Shown piece after piece: positions 55,764-64,000 of a stretch of DNA of 64,000 bases (the stretch's first letter is position 1; every line of letters starts with the position of its first letter). Made by a program: the position numbers and the translations under genes. The stretch is from an uncultured delta proteobacterium (lineage in GTDB: Bacteria > Myxococcota_A > Polyangia > Haliangiales > Haliangiaceae): positions 96,001-160,000 of the forward strand of contig CAWKDB010000011.1 in NCBI GenBank assembly GCA_963848295.1, written 5' to 3'. Under the pieces are notes generated by a model, which saw nothing but the letters and a program-made list of their open reading frames with translations, had not been told where the DNA came from and made no database searches.

Positions 55764-58700
55764 CTAGCTCCAGGGCAGGTTTCGCGTCTGCGCGACCTTG
55801 TCGTAGGTCATCTTGAATGCCCAGTTCAGCTGCTCGTTGGCGCTGTGCGCCAGCTCGTCGAGCTCCCTCGCGTCCGACTTGACCTTACCGGCCGAGCTCA
55901 TCAACACCTGCGTGTTCGCAGGGCTCATGCTGTTGACGCCACTCATGTCGCTCGTCACCTTGGCCGCGTGCTCGCGGACTGCCGCGACGACCTCGTCGCC
56001 TGTCCTGAGTTGCGCGAGGACTTTCTTCGCAGAGCGCTTGTTCTCGAACGTCGAGTTGAGCTTGTTGGTCTGCGCGGTCTGCGACGCGACGAGCCTCTGG
56101 ACGACCGTGCTCGCTTGCGATGACACGTAGGACGCCGCGTTGTGCACCTTGCCCACAGCGGCGGCGGATATCTTGGGCTCCTTCGGTTTGTCTTTGGCCT
56201 TGGCCTTGGCCTTACCCTTCTTCGGGCCGGCCGATAGCGCCGGGGTCGCAGCGGCAATCGGCGCCGGCGGCGGCGCTACCGCGGCCACTGGCCCCTTCTG
56301 GGTAGCTGCGTCGGCTTGAGCCTTCATCTTGTTCGCCTTCTCCGCGGCGACTGCCACCGCGAGACCCGCGAGGAACGTCCGCGCCATGTCTTGCTGCTTC
56401 GCTATGTCCTTCTCGGTGTCCTCGACATCCTTCACGAACGTGGCCGCGTCGTGGACGTTTTGGTCGCACTGCCTTGCGTCGTCGAGGGCCTGATCGGCGT
56501 AGCTCTTCGACTGGGCCTTGACGGACATCGCCGTGTCCATCGTCTGCTTGGCCTTGTCCTGGCCCTGGGTGCCGACCAGCTTCGAGAACTGCATGCGATT
56601 GTGCAGCGCCGTCGTGTACGCGCGCATGTCGCCCATGCTCACGCCGCACAGCCCCTCGAGCACTAGGCTGGCGATCTTGTCCTGGATCCACCCGAAGACC
56701 TTCGCGGCCTTCTCGGCGGCCCACGTCTTCACGTACCACCAGATCCGTTTGATGGGATGCCAGTGGCTTGGCTTCTCGCCGACGTCGACCTTCGGCTGGT
56801 TCTTGCTGGCGCTGTTGGCCTTGCCATCGTCCTGTTTCTTCTCGCCCGCACCGGCCTGCTGATCGCCCTTCTGGGCCGAGGCGCCGGCCGCGGTGGCCTC
56901 GGCGATGGTCCCGTTGATTCCGATCGAATGATCCATCGCCTGCGCCTGTTTCAGCGAAGCGTCATCACCCGCCTGTGCCATTGTCGCGACGGTCAGGAGC
57001 GCCTTGTGCTTGGCCTCCTGCTGCGACTTCTGGAAAGCGTAGGCGACGAGCTTCATCCGCTGCAGATCCTTCGCAGCTTTCGCGAACTCGCCGTCAGCTC
57101 CGGACAGCTTGGGCCAGTACACGAGCTCGGGGACCTCGGCGAGCTTGTCTTCCGGAGCACTACCCGCGGCGGGCGCAGGTTTGGGTGCGGGTGACGGTGC
57201 GGGTGACGGTGCGGGTGCGGGTGACGCGTTCGCGCTGGGGGGGGCGCCCGAGTCGTTCGAGCTCGTCGACGCCGGATCGACCGACATGGTCGGCTCGTCG
57301 TTGCCGTGGCTGTGCTGCGCGTCATGACCCTGGTCCCCGCCGTCCTGTGCGTCGTGACCCTGGTCCCCGCCGTCCTGTGCGTCGTGACCCTCGTCGCCAT
57401 GTTCGTCGGCGCCCTCGTCGAGGCCGTCGAGCATGCTCTCGACGTGCTCGTAGACCGCGATCTCCGGAACCTCACCCCAGGACCACGCATAGATGGCCTC
57501 GCGCTGCTCCGACTTCTCGAGCGTCTCGGCCTCGGCATGACCGCCCTGCTGAGCCTCGATCTGCTTGTTCGCGGCTTCAGCTCTCTCGCCGCTCTCGCTC
57601 TGGAACTGCGCCGCCGCGATGACCTCCATCGTCTTGCCCTTGATGTGCCACATGGTCTCCGGTAGCTCACCACCGTTGGCCTTGATCGCGATCAGGTGAC
57701 GCTGGTCCGCCTCGTGGCGGAGCTTCTTGGCCTCGTCCTCCGCGACCTTGCGCTGGTCCTGCGTAATGTTCTTGTCCTTGAGCCGATTCGCAACGATCTC
57801 CCGCTCGCCCTCGATGACGTCGGTCTCCTCCTGGAACTTCTTCGGGTCTTTCCGGAAGTCCTCGATGTTCTTCTTTGTGGTCGCTTCTTCCGCTTCCGTC
57901 TCGACTTTTTTCTCCCCTCGCTCCTTCGTGAAGTCCTTCCCGCCCTCCTCCTGGGCGCCAGCGACGGCCTTCTCTTCGCCCTTCTCGAGCTTGTCCGCGT
58001 GCTTACCGGCGGCGCGCGCGTTGCGTACGTTCTCTTTCGGCACGTGCCCGTCTTCGTCCCGGTGGTCGGCGATCTGGTTGTTCTGGTACTCGCGCGAGGA
58101 CGAGATGTCTCGGTCGATCCTCGCGCGCTCCTGGTTGCCCGCGTTCTTCCCGGCGTTGCTCTCGAGGGCTGCGTCGAGCTCTTTCTTGGAGTTGTCGGCG
58201 AACTTGTCGATCTGCTCCGTATGCTTTGCGGAAAAGCTGACCTTCTCGACGCGCCCGGCCGCGTTCTCGCCCATCTTCTCGCCGAAGCCGTCGACGCCCT
58301 TGACGAAGCTATTTTGCGATACCTTGGTCGCCCGAGCCTCGACCCCCTTCATGAAGTCCGAGTTGTTGATCTTCGTGATCAGCTTGGTACCGCGGATCTT
58401 CTCGCCAAGCGTGGCCGGTGCGCTCCACAGCTTGCTCATCATGCCCGGGCCCTCGGCCTTCTCGAGCCCGATGCCGAGCTTGTAGCCGATGTTCTTCGCC
58501 CAGTTCGCGACCGGGCCGAGTGCCTTCGCGGCGAACGTTCCGATCTTGTTCTTGACCCCTGTGAACAGCTTCCCGATCACGCCTTTCGAGGCGCCCTGGA
58601 ACCCCTTCATGAAGCCGGGCCCATAGGTCATCGCGAGGCTGAGCACGTGCCCGCCAGCCGACGTCGCCTCGTTCATCATCATGTCGGCGGTCGCGGCCTT

Positions 58701-59699
58701 TTCTTCGTTGGACGCACCCTTGCCGATCTGCTTCGCGAGCACGACGCCATTGAGCCCGGTCAAGATTCCCGACAACACGAAGCCGATCGCGTCGCAGATG
58801 ATGCCGATGACGTTGAGCACGCGCGCGACCGCCTCCACGGCGGCGCCGAGTGGCGGCAGGATCATGGCGAGCAGACCCACGATCGTGAGGACCATGCCGA
58901 TCTTGCCGCACACGTTCCCGACGATCGAGACGACGCTCTGAAACTTCGACAGGCCGCGCATGATCGAGCCGAGGCCGCCCTGGACTTTGTCGTACGGGTT
59001 CGCGCCAAAGATCGCGCCGACGTCCTTCTTGCCCAGGAAGTTGATCAGGCCGCCCTTGGCAGCCTCCATGCCACTCGCGCCGTTCTGGACGTACTTCTCG
59101 ATCTGGCCGTCGTAGCCTTGCGCGATCGCGGCCATCTCCTTGATCTTCGATAGCCGCTCGTTGGTCTCGGTTGACTTGTGCGGGTAGGCGTTGAGCCACC
59201 CGTCGAGGTTGCCATCGCCGGACATCGCCGCGGCGAGGACGAGCTCCCTCGGCGGCTTGAGTGCCGCGTCGGGGCCGGGCATCGCGGGTTTGGCGGCCTT
59301 ACCGGGAGCTTTGGGCGCTGCCGCGCCGCCCCCGGCCTTTTGTGGCGCCTTGGGGCCAGAAGTCGGAGGCTTGGGAGTGACGACCGATGGCGTGTGCGCG
59401 GCGCCAGCATCGACTCGGCCCGGCGGGCTGTCCTTGGCTTCCTTCGCGACGTCCTTGGGGTTGTTCTTCGCTTCTTCGGCCGCCTTCTCGCGCGCTTCCT
59501 TGGTCTGCTCTTCGTACTCCTCTTTATTGATCGGCGCGTCGGAGGCTTTGTCCGCAAGGCCCGACACGTAGGCCGCGGGGAAATGGGCGGCGATCGCCGT
59601 CTCGACCTTCTGGATCGCGGCGTCGTCCTTGGCCGCGTCCTTGTAGGTGTACTTGACCTCTAATGCCTTGGGGTCGAGAGGTTTGTCGGCGGTTGCCAT
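55764..59699 (-). CDS. 1311-aa hypothetical protein, candidate injected effector or membrane-active cargo
   Basis: Long clean ORF; Pro/Lys-rich N-terminus, central hydrophobic helical hairpin, coiled coils, Trp-rich amphipathic segment; no signal peptide. Function inferred from context. Confidence 0.8.
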   Translation of the reverse strand: MATADKPLDPKALEVKYTYKDAAKDDAAIQKVETAIAAHFPAAYVSGLADKASDAPINKEEYEEQTKEAREKAAEEAKNNPKDVAKEAKDSPPGRVDAGAAHTPSVVTPKPPTSGPKAPQKAGGGAAAPKAPGKAAKPAMPGPDAALKPPRELVLAAAMSGDGNLDGWLNAYPHKSTETNERLSKIKEMAAIAQGYDGQIEKYVQNGASGMEAAKGGLINFLGKKDVGAIFGANPYDKVQGGLGSIMRGLSKFQSVVSIVGNVCGKIGMVLTIVGLLAMILPPLGAAVEAVARVLNVIGIICDAIGFVLSGILTGLNGVVLAKQIGKGASNEEKAATADMMMNEATSAGGHVLSLAMTYGPGFMKGFQGASKGVIGKLFTGVKNKIGTFAAKALGPVANWAKNIGYKLGIGLEKAEGPGMMSKLWSAPATLGEKIRGTKLITKINNSDFMKGVEARATKVSQNSFVKGVDGFGEKMGENAAGRVEKVSFSAKHTEQIDKFADNSKKELDAALESNAGKNAGNQERARIDRDISSSREYQNNQIADHRDEDGHVPKENVRNARAAGKHADKLEKGEEKAVAGAQEEGGKDFTKERGEKKVETEAEEATTKKNIEDFRKDPKKFQEETDVIEGEREIVANRLKDKNITQDQRKVAEDEAKKLRHEADQRHLIAIKANGGELPETMWHIKGKTMEVIAAAQFQSESGERAEAANKQIEAQQGGHAEAETLEKSEQREAIYAWSWGEVPEIAVYEHVESMLDGLDEGADEHGDEGHDAQDGGDQGHDAQDGGDQGHDAQHSHGNDEPTMSVDPASTSSNDSGAPPSANASPAPAPSPAPSPAPKPAPAAGSAPEDKLAEVPELVYWPKLSGADGEFAKAAKDLQRMKLVAYAFQKSQQEAKHKALLTVATMAQAGDDASLKQAQAMDHSIGINGTIAEATAAGASAQKGDQQAGAGEKKQDDGKANSASKNQPKVDVGEKPSHWHPIKRIWWYVKTWAAEKAAKVFGWIQDKIASLVLEGLCGVSMGDMRAYTTALHNRMQFSKLVGTQGQDKAKQTMDTAMSVKAQSKSYADQALDDARQCDQNVHDAATFVKDVEDTEKDIAKQQDMARTFLAGLAVAVAAEKANKMKAQADAATQKGPVAAVAPPPAPIAAATPALSAGPKKGKAKAKAKDKPKEPKISAAAVGKVHNAASYVSSQASTVVQRLVASQTAQTNKLNSTFENKRSAKKVLAQLRTGDEVVAAVREHAAKVTSDMSGVNSMSPANTQVLMSSAGKVKSDARELDELAHSANEQLNWAFKMTYDKVAQTRNLPWS
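57184..57225. repeat. 12-bp/6-bp coding tandem repeat (GGTGCGGGTGAC; Pro-Ala-Pro-Ser)
   Basis: About 3.5 copies visible inside the 1311-aa gene. Confidence 0.85.
57325..57391. repeat. 30-bp coding tandem repeat (GHDAQDGGDQ)
   Basis: TGACCCTGGTCCCCGCCGTCCTGTGCGTCG x2 identical, plus partial flanking copies. Confidence 0.9.
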
Positions 59700-59711
59700 A
59701 GGGTTGTCTCG

Positions 59712-60881
59712 TCAGCGCGAACGGAACGTCTGGCGGGCACGGGCGGCCTGGTTCACTTTTTCTGCAATGTCGGCAAACGTCTCCGGGCCGATCCGGTCAG
59801 CAAGGGCAGCTATGTACGGGCGAAACAGGTCGGTTGCAGCCGAACCCAGCTTGTCCTTGAGCGAACCATGAGCCTCTGCAAATGTACGGTACGCCGAGGC
59901 CAAATCTCCCTTCATCTCGTAGATCTGCGACATCAAGGCGACAGCGGACGCATAGCGGGGAAGATCGCCCTGGGAAACGGCGCTCTGGGCGATCTCGAGA
60001 CACCGGTCCAGCGCGGCCTGGGTCTGGCCTTTCTGAGTCAGCAAGCCGACTTGGCCGACCAGGGCGGCCATGCGTAGCGAATCGAGCCCGTGCTCTAGCG
60101 CGGAGTCGCGTGCGACTTGAAGGTGTTTCTCCGCCTCGTCCCGACCGACCTGATCATCCCGCTGCACGAGCGCGCCGGCGAGTGCGATACGCATCTCGAG
60201 CTCGTCCTCGACCGCGTCGACCCGTTTGGCGATCGCAACCGCCTCGCGCAACGCCACGCACGCGCGCTGGTGATCACCGAGCGCGAGCGCCATGGCGGCG
60301 CGCAATTGTCGGGATGCGAAATCGGTCTCGAGTAGCTCGTCTTGATCCTCGTCGGGCGTCATCGAGGGAAATACGTCGAGCCGCTCCCTGGCGCGTACGT
60401 GCTCGCCCTGCTCTACCGCGAGCTCCACCCAGCCGAGCGCGAGCCGCATGACGGCGCGCCGGCCGGCGAGCGTCGTCGGCTCCTCGGCGGTCGCGTCGCT
60501 CACTTCTACCAGCCGGGTTTCGGCCGCGGCGAAGTCCTTGCGCCGGATCAGGGTGCGGGCGAGGAGTGTACCTGCGTCGAGCATGCAATTCAGATCGCCC
60601 GCAACCCGGTCGCGGGCGCGGCCGACAAGCTGCTCGACGCCCTCGAAGTCCCCATCCGCCAACTTGACGTGCGCTAGCCGGAGGAGGATCCGGCCCTCGA
60701 GCGCAGGCTCGGCGAGTCGATCGACGAGTGCAGCCGCCTCTTCGAGCGGCGCACGTACGACGGGCTGGCGATGGCCGAGAATCGGCTCGGCCTCCGCGAG
60801 ATCGAGCAGCGCGATCGCGAGCGCTTCTCCGCCGGTCGCGCGGGCAAGGTCGACACGTGCCCTCACCTGTGCGAGCGTCAC
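59712..60881 (-). CDS. TPR-like all-helical protein
   Basis: Helical repeats; GTG start at 60881 with TACAGT 6 nt upstream; stop 12 nt before the 1311-aa gene. Confidence 0.75.
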   Translation of the reverse strand: MTLAQVRARVDLARATGGEALAIALLDLAEAEPILGHRQPVVRAPLEEAAALVDRLAEPALEGRILLRLAHVKLADGDFEGVEQLVGRARDRVAGDLNCMLDAGTLLARTLIRRKDFAAAETRLVEVSDATAEEPTTLAGRRAVMRLALGWVELAVEQGEHVRARERLDVFPSMTPDEDQDELLETDFASRQLRAAMALALGDHQRACVALREAVAIAKRVDAVEDELEMRIALAGALVQRDDQVGRDEAEKHLQVARDSALEHGLDSLRMAALVGQVGLLTQKGQTQAALDRCLEIAQSAVSQGDLPRYASAVALMSQIYEMKGDLASAYRTFAEAHGSLKDKLGSAATDLFRPYIAALADRIGPETFADIAEKVNQAARARQTFRSR

Positions 60882-60905
60882 CGCTAGACTGTACCACGAG
60901 GCACC

Positions 60906-62045
60906 ATGCTCCTCGGCAGCGCCGCTCGTGCGATGCTGTTCGTGCGAATGACGCGGGATGCGGCGCAGCTGATCCGGATCGCGAGGTTGCGCCGGTTCGT
61001 TGGGGTGTTCGCGCGCGGCGGCGATCGCGAGGCGACCGCGGCTGCGCTCGCCTCGCTCTCGGCGGCGTCGCAGGCGAACGGCTTCGCGGGCGACGCGCTG
61101 CTGCGCGCACGCCAGGCCGCGGAGCTGTTGTGCAGCGACGACGATCCGGAACCGCGCGCTCGGTCGCTGCTCCACCTGGGCGCGGTGTGTCTCGACACCG
61201 GCGATGGCGAAGCATCGATCGCGGCGGCCGAGCTCGCCGCCGAGCTCGCGGCAACGCTCGAAGAGCCGATCAGGTCGCAGTTGATCGGCTGTGCGTCACT
61301 GCTCGGCGGCATCGCGCACTCGCTCGACGGCGATGACGCTCGGGCACGCGCGGCGTTCGACGACGCACGTGAACGGATGGTCGCCGCCGAGCAGCCGGAA
61401 GGCGCCGCGCTCGCGCTCACCCAACAAGGCCTGCTCGACGTCGCCGCCGGCCGGCCCGACGCGGCCGAGCTGTGCTTCCGGTTCGCTCAGGAGTTCTATC
61501 GCCGCGCCGATCGCGCAGGTGCGGTCGCGGAGGTCTCGGCGCTCGCCGCGCGAGCGCTTGCCGAGGCCGGCCTCGCGAACGTCGATCGCTGGTACGTCGA
61601 GGCGATCGCCGACGCCGACGCGACCGGGTCGGCGCGGCTCGCGGCGGAGCTCGTGGTCGAACGTGCGCTCCGGCTCGAGCGCGACGGCCTGCGCGACGAA
61701 GCGCTCGCGATGGCGGCGGATGCCGCACGCCGCTGCAAGCGGCTCGCGGATTCGCGCGAGCTCGTGATGCGCGCGCGCCTCGTGTCGGCACGGCTGACCG
61801 CCGACCCCGGCGACGTGCTTCGTCACCTCGAAGCCGCGTTCGAGATCGCGCTCGACGTCCGCGATCCCGAAGCGCTCGGCGGCGTCATGGAAGTCGTCGT
61901 CACCGCGCTCGTGAACGGCGGGTTCGCGAGCTCGACCGGCGCGGGCTGGCGGCTCGTCGACCGGTTTCGCGAACGGCTCGGCGCCGCCGGGTTCGCGCAC
62001 CTCGCGGATGCCGCGACGGTCGCGCTCGTCGATCTTCGCGAATAG
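60906..62045 (+). CDS. TPR-like all-helical protein
   Basis: Helical repeats (ARSLLHLGAVCLDTGD; ALALTQQGLLDVAAG); start may be 60948. Confidence 0.7.
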   Translation: MLLGSAARAMLFVRMTRDAAQLIRIARLRRFVGVFARGGDREATAAALASLSAASQANGFAGDALLRARQAAELLCSDDDPEPRARSLLHLGAVCLDTGDGEASIAAAELAAELAATLEEPIRSQLIGCASLLGGIAHSLDGDDARARAAFDDARERMVAAEQPEGAALALTQQGLLDVAAGRPDAAELCFRFAQEFYRRADRAGAVAEVSALAARALAEAGLANVDRWYVEAIADADATGSARLAAELVVERALRLERDGLRDEALAMAADAARRCKRLADSRELVMRARLVSARLTADPGDVLRHLEAAFEIALDVRDPEALGGVMEVVVTALVNGGFASSTGAGWRLVDRFRERLGAAGFAHLADAATVALVDLRE

Positions 62046-62080
62046 CCGGCGCGCGGTGTACGCTCGAAGCCAGGCACACG

Positions 62081-64000
62081 ATGGCCGGCGACGACGAGGT
62101 TTTCGGATACCAGGACGGAGGCGAGCAACTCTCCGACTACGCGGAGCGCTTCGGGTTGCTGTTCGACCGCTTGCACGCGATCCGCGACGTCATGCCCGAG
62201 GCGGCGGCGGTCGTGCCGCCGCGGGTCAAGCGCGAGCTGCTCGAGGGCGCGAGCGAGAGTCTGTTCGCGATCAACCGTCGCATCATCGATCTCGACGCCG
62301 CGATCGAGCGCCGCACCGAGGTCTCCGAGGAGCTCGGCATCGCACTTCCGCTCGAGCTGCTGCGCGGCCGGTTCGCCCTCGTGGAGCTCGACATCCAGGT
62401 GTTGTCGATGATGTTCGCGCTCGAATCGGGCGGCGCGTTCAACCCCTACGACACGCGCAGCACGCGGACCGACCGGGTCGATCCCGAGGTCGCGTTCTTC
62501 ATGGCGTTGCTCGGTGGCGGCGAGCGCGATGACGCCGAGCGCGCGCGCGCACGATTTCTTCCCGACGCGCCGCTGATCGAGTCCGGCATGGTGCTGCTCG
62601 TCGGCGATGCCGACTCGCCGATCATCTACAAGCGGATCCGGCTGTCGGAGCGCACGCTCGAGTTTCTCTCGGGCAGCTTCGCGCCGCCGCCGTCGTTGCT
62701 CGGCACGGTCGCGACGTTCGCCGCGACACCGCCTGGTGCCGACGCGTTCCTGTTCGAGGATCCCGCGCTCGTCGGCCAGATCGCACGCACGCTGTCGAGC
62801 CCCGAGCAGATCGTGATCTTGCGTGGCGCGCCCGGCGTCGGGCGCAAGTCGCTGGCCGGCGCCGCCGCGCACGAGCTCGATCGCGCGATGCTCGTCGTCG
62901 ACCTGTCGCGCGTGCTGCTTTCGGCCGACGAGCTCGACCGAACGCTGCGCACGCTGTTTCGCGAGGCCCGCATGCAGGGCGCGGTGCTCGTCCTCGATCG
63001 CGCCGACGAGTTTGCGGACCGCGAAGGTCAAGCCGCGCTATGGCCGTCGCTCACGAACCGGATCGCGCGTTCGTCGCTGCCGATCGCGCTCGTCTGCGAG
63101 AATCTCCCGAAGTGGCTCGACCGCCTGCAACGCGTCCGGGTCGAGCTCGCGGTGCCGTTTCCGTCCGAGGAGATCCAGCACCGGCTGTGGGTCCGGCACT
63201 TGCCGCCGAGCTTGCACCTCGAGCCCGGGCTGTCGATCGATTCGATCGTGCACATGTACTCGTTGTCGTGCGCATCGATCATCGCGACCGCGGACGAGCT
63301 GTCCCGCACCGACCACATCTACGCGCGCGGCGGTGTGGTCGATCAGCAAGGGCTCGTCGACATCGTGCGCACCCGGCTCGCTCACGAGCTCGGGGCGCTC
63401 GCCGAGGTCGTGCACACCACGCTCGAGTGGAAAGACGTCGTGTTGTCGGACGACGTCTACGAGCGCGTCATCGAGTTCCTCAACTTCGCGCGCCACCGCG
63501 GCGTCGTGATGCGCGAGATGGGCTTCGGCCGCAAGCTCGCGTACGGGCGCGGGCTGTCGGCGATGTTCTCGGGCCCGCCCGGTACGGGCAAGACGATGAT
63601 CTGTACGCTGCTCGCCAAAGAGCTCGGGATGGAGCTCTATCGCATCGATCTGTCGCAGGTCGTCAACAAGTACATCGGCGAGACCGAGAAGAACCTCGGC
63701 AAGGTGTTCGACGAGGCGGCGCGCGGCCAGGTGATGCTGCTGTTCGACGAGGCCGACTCGATCTTCGCGAAGCGCACCGAGGTCAAGTCATCGCATGATC
63801 GTTACGCGAACCTCGAGGTCAACTACCTGTTGCAACGCATGGAGGGCCACGAAGGCATCGTCGTGTTGACGACGAACTCCGAGAGCGCGATCGATAAGGC
63901 GTTCCTGCGGCGCATTCGGTTCCGCGTGCGTTTCCCGTCCCCGAGCGATGCCGATCGCGCGCGGCTGTGGCGCGGCATGGTGCCGAAAGAGGTCAAGCTT
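62081..64000 (+). CDS. AAA+ ATPase, eCIS Afp15/Pvc15-like (runs off window end)
   Basis: Open from ATG 62081. Degenerate first AAA domain (GAPGVGRKS); second domain [73 protein letters not shown]. Confidence 0.9.
   Translation, partial: MAGDDEVFGYQDGGEQLSDYAERFGLLFDRLHAIRDVMPEAAAVVPPRVKRELLEGASESLFAINRRIIDLDAAIERRTEVSEELGIALPLELLRGRFALVELDIQVLSMMFALESGGAFNPYDTRSTRTDRVDPEVAFFMALLGGGERDDAERARARFLPDAPLIESGMVLLVGDADSPIIYKRIRLSERTLEFLSGSFAPPPSLLGTVATFAATPPGADAFLFEDPALVGQIARTLSSPEQIVILRGAPGVGRKSLAGAAAHELDRAMLVVDLSRVLLSADELDRTLRTLFREARMQGAVLVLDRADEFADREGQAALWPSLTNRIARSSLPIALVCENLPKWLDRLQRVRVELAVPFPSEEIQHRLWVRHLPPSLHLEPGLSIDSIVHMYSLSCASIIATADELSRTDHIYARGGVVDQQGLVDIVRTRLAHELGALAEVVHTTLEWKDVVLSDDVYERVIEFLNFARHRGVVMREMGFGRKLAYGRGLSAMFSGPPGTGKTMICTLLAKELGMELYRIDLSQVVNKYIGETEKNLGKVFDEAARGQVMLLFDEADSIFAKRTEVKSSHDRYANLEVNYLLQRMEGHEGIVVLTTNSESAIDKAFLRRIRFRVRFPSPSDADRARLWRGMVPKEVKL

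Overview
High-GC bacterial chromosomal segment. The gene content (Ser/Thr kinases, GYF/TonB-C-like, HEAT, Sel1 and MopE-repeat sulfatase-like proteins) suggests Myxococcota; this taxonomy is an inference. Most of the window is housekeeping: glgC-glgA, tilS-ftsH-folP-cdaA-cdaR-glmM, nnr, accD-folC, purM-purN, a family-4 UDG. It also holds a kinase/pseudokinase/PgpH-like signalling run, an IS1380 element with intact ends, an RT-deleted group II intron, an orphan Gp5/baseplate-V spike gene, and at the right edge a 1311-aa cargo-like protein, two TPR-like proteins and an eCIS-type (Afp15/Pvc15-like) AAA+ ATPase. Most notable: (i) a 425-bp region between convergent genes with a helically phased array of TGTCCG-N5-CGGACA palindromes next to two consensus DnaA boxes flanking a consensus IHF site; (ii) a group II intron inserted exactly at a start codon that supplies a replacement ATG; (iii) a possibly dispersed contractile injection system. 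The many single-base frameshifts in 28.9-32.2 kb, including in tilS and ftsH, are most likely sequencing or assembly errors. All calls come from reading motifs by eye; no database search was run.
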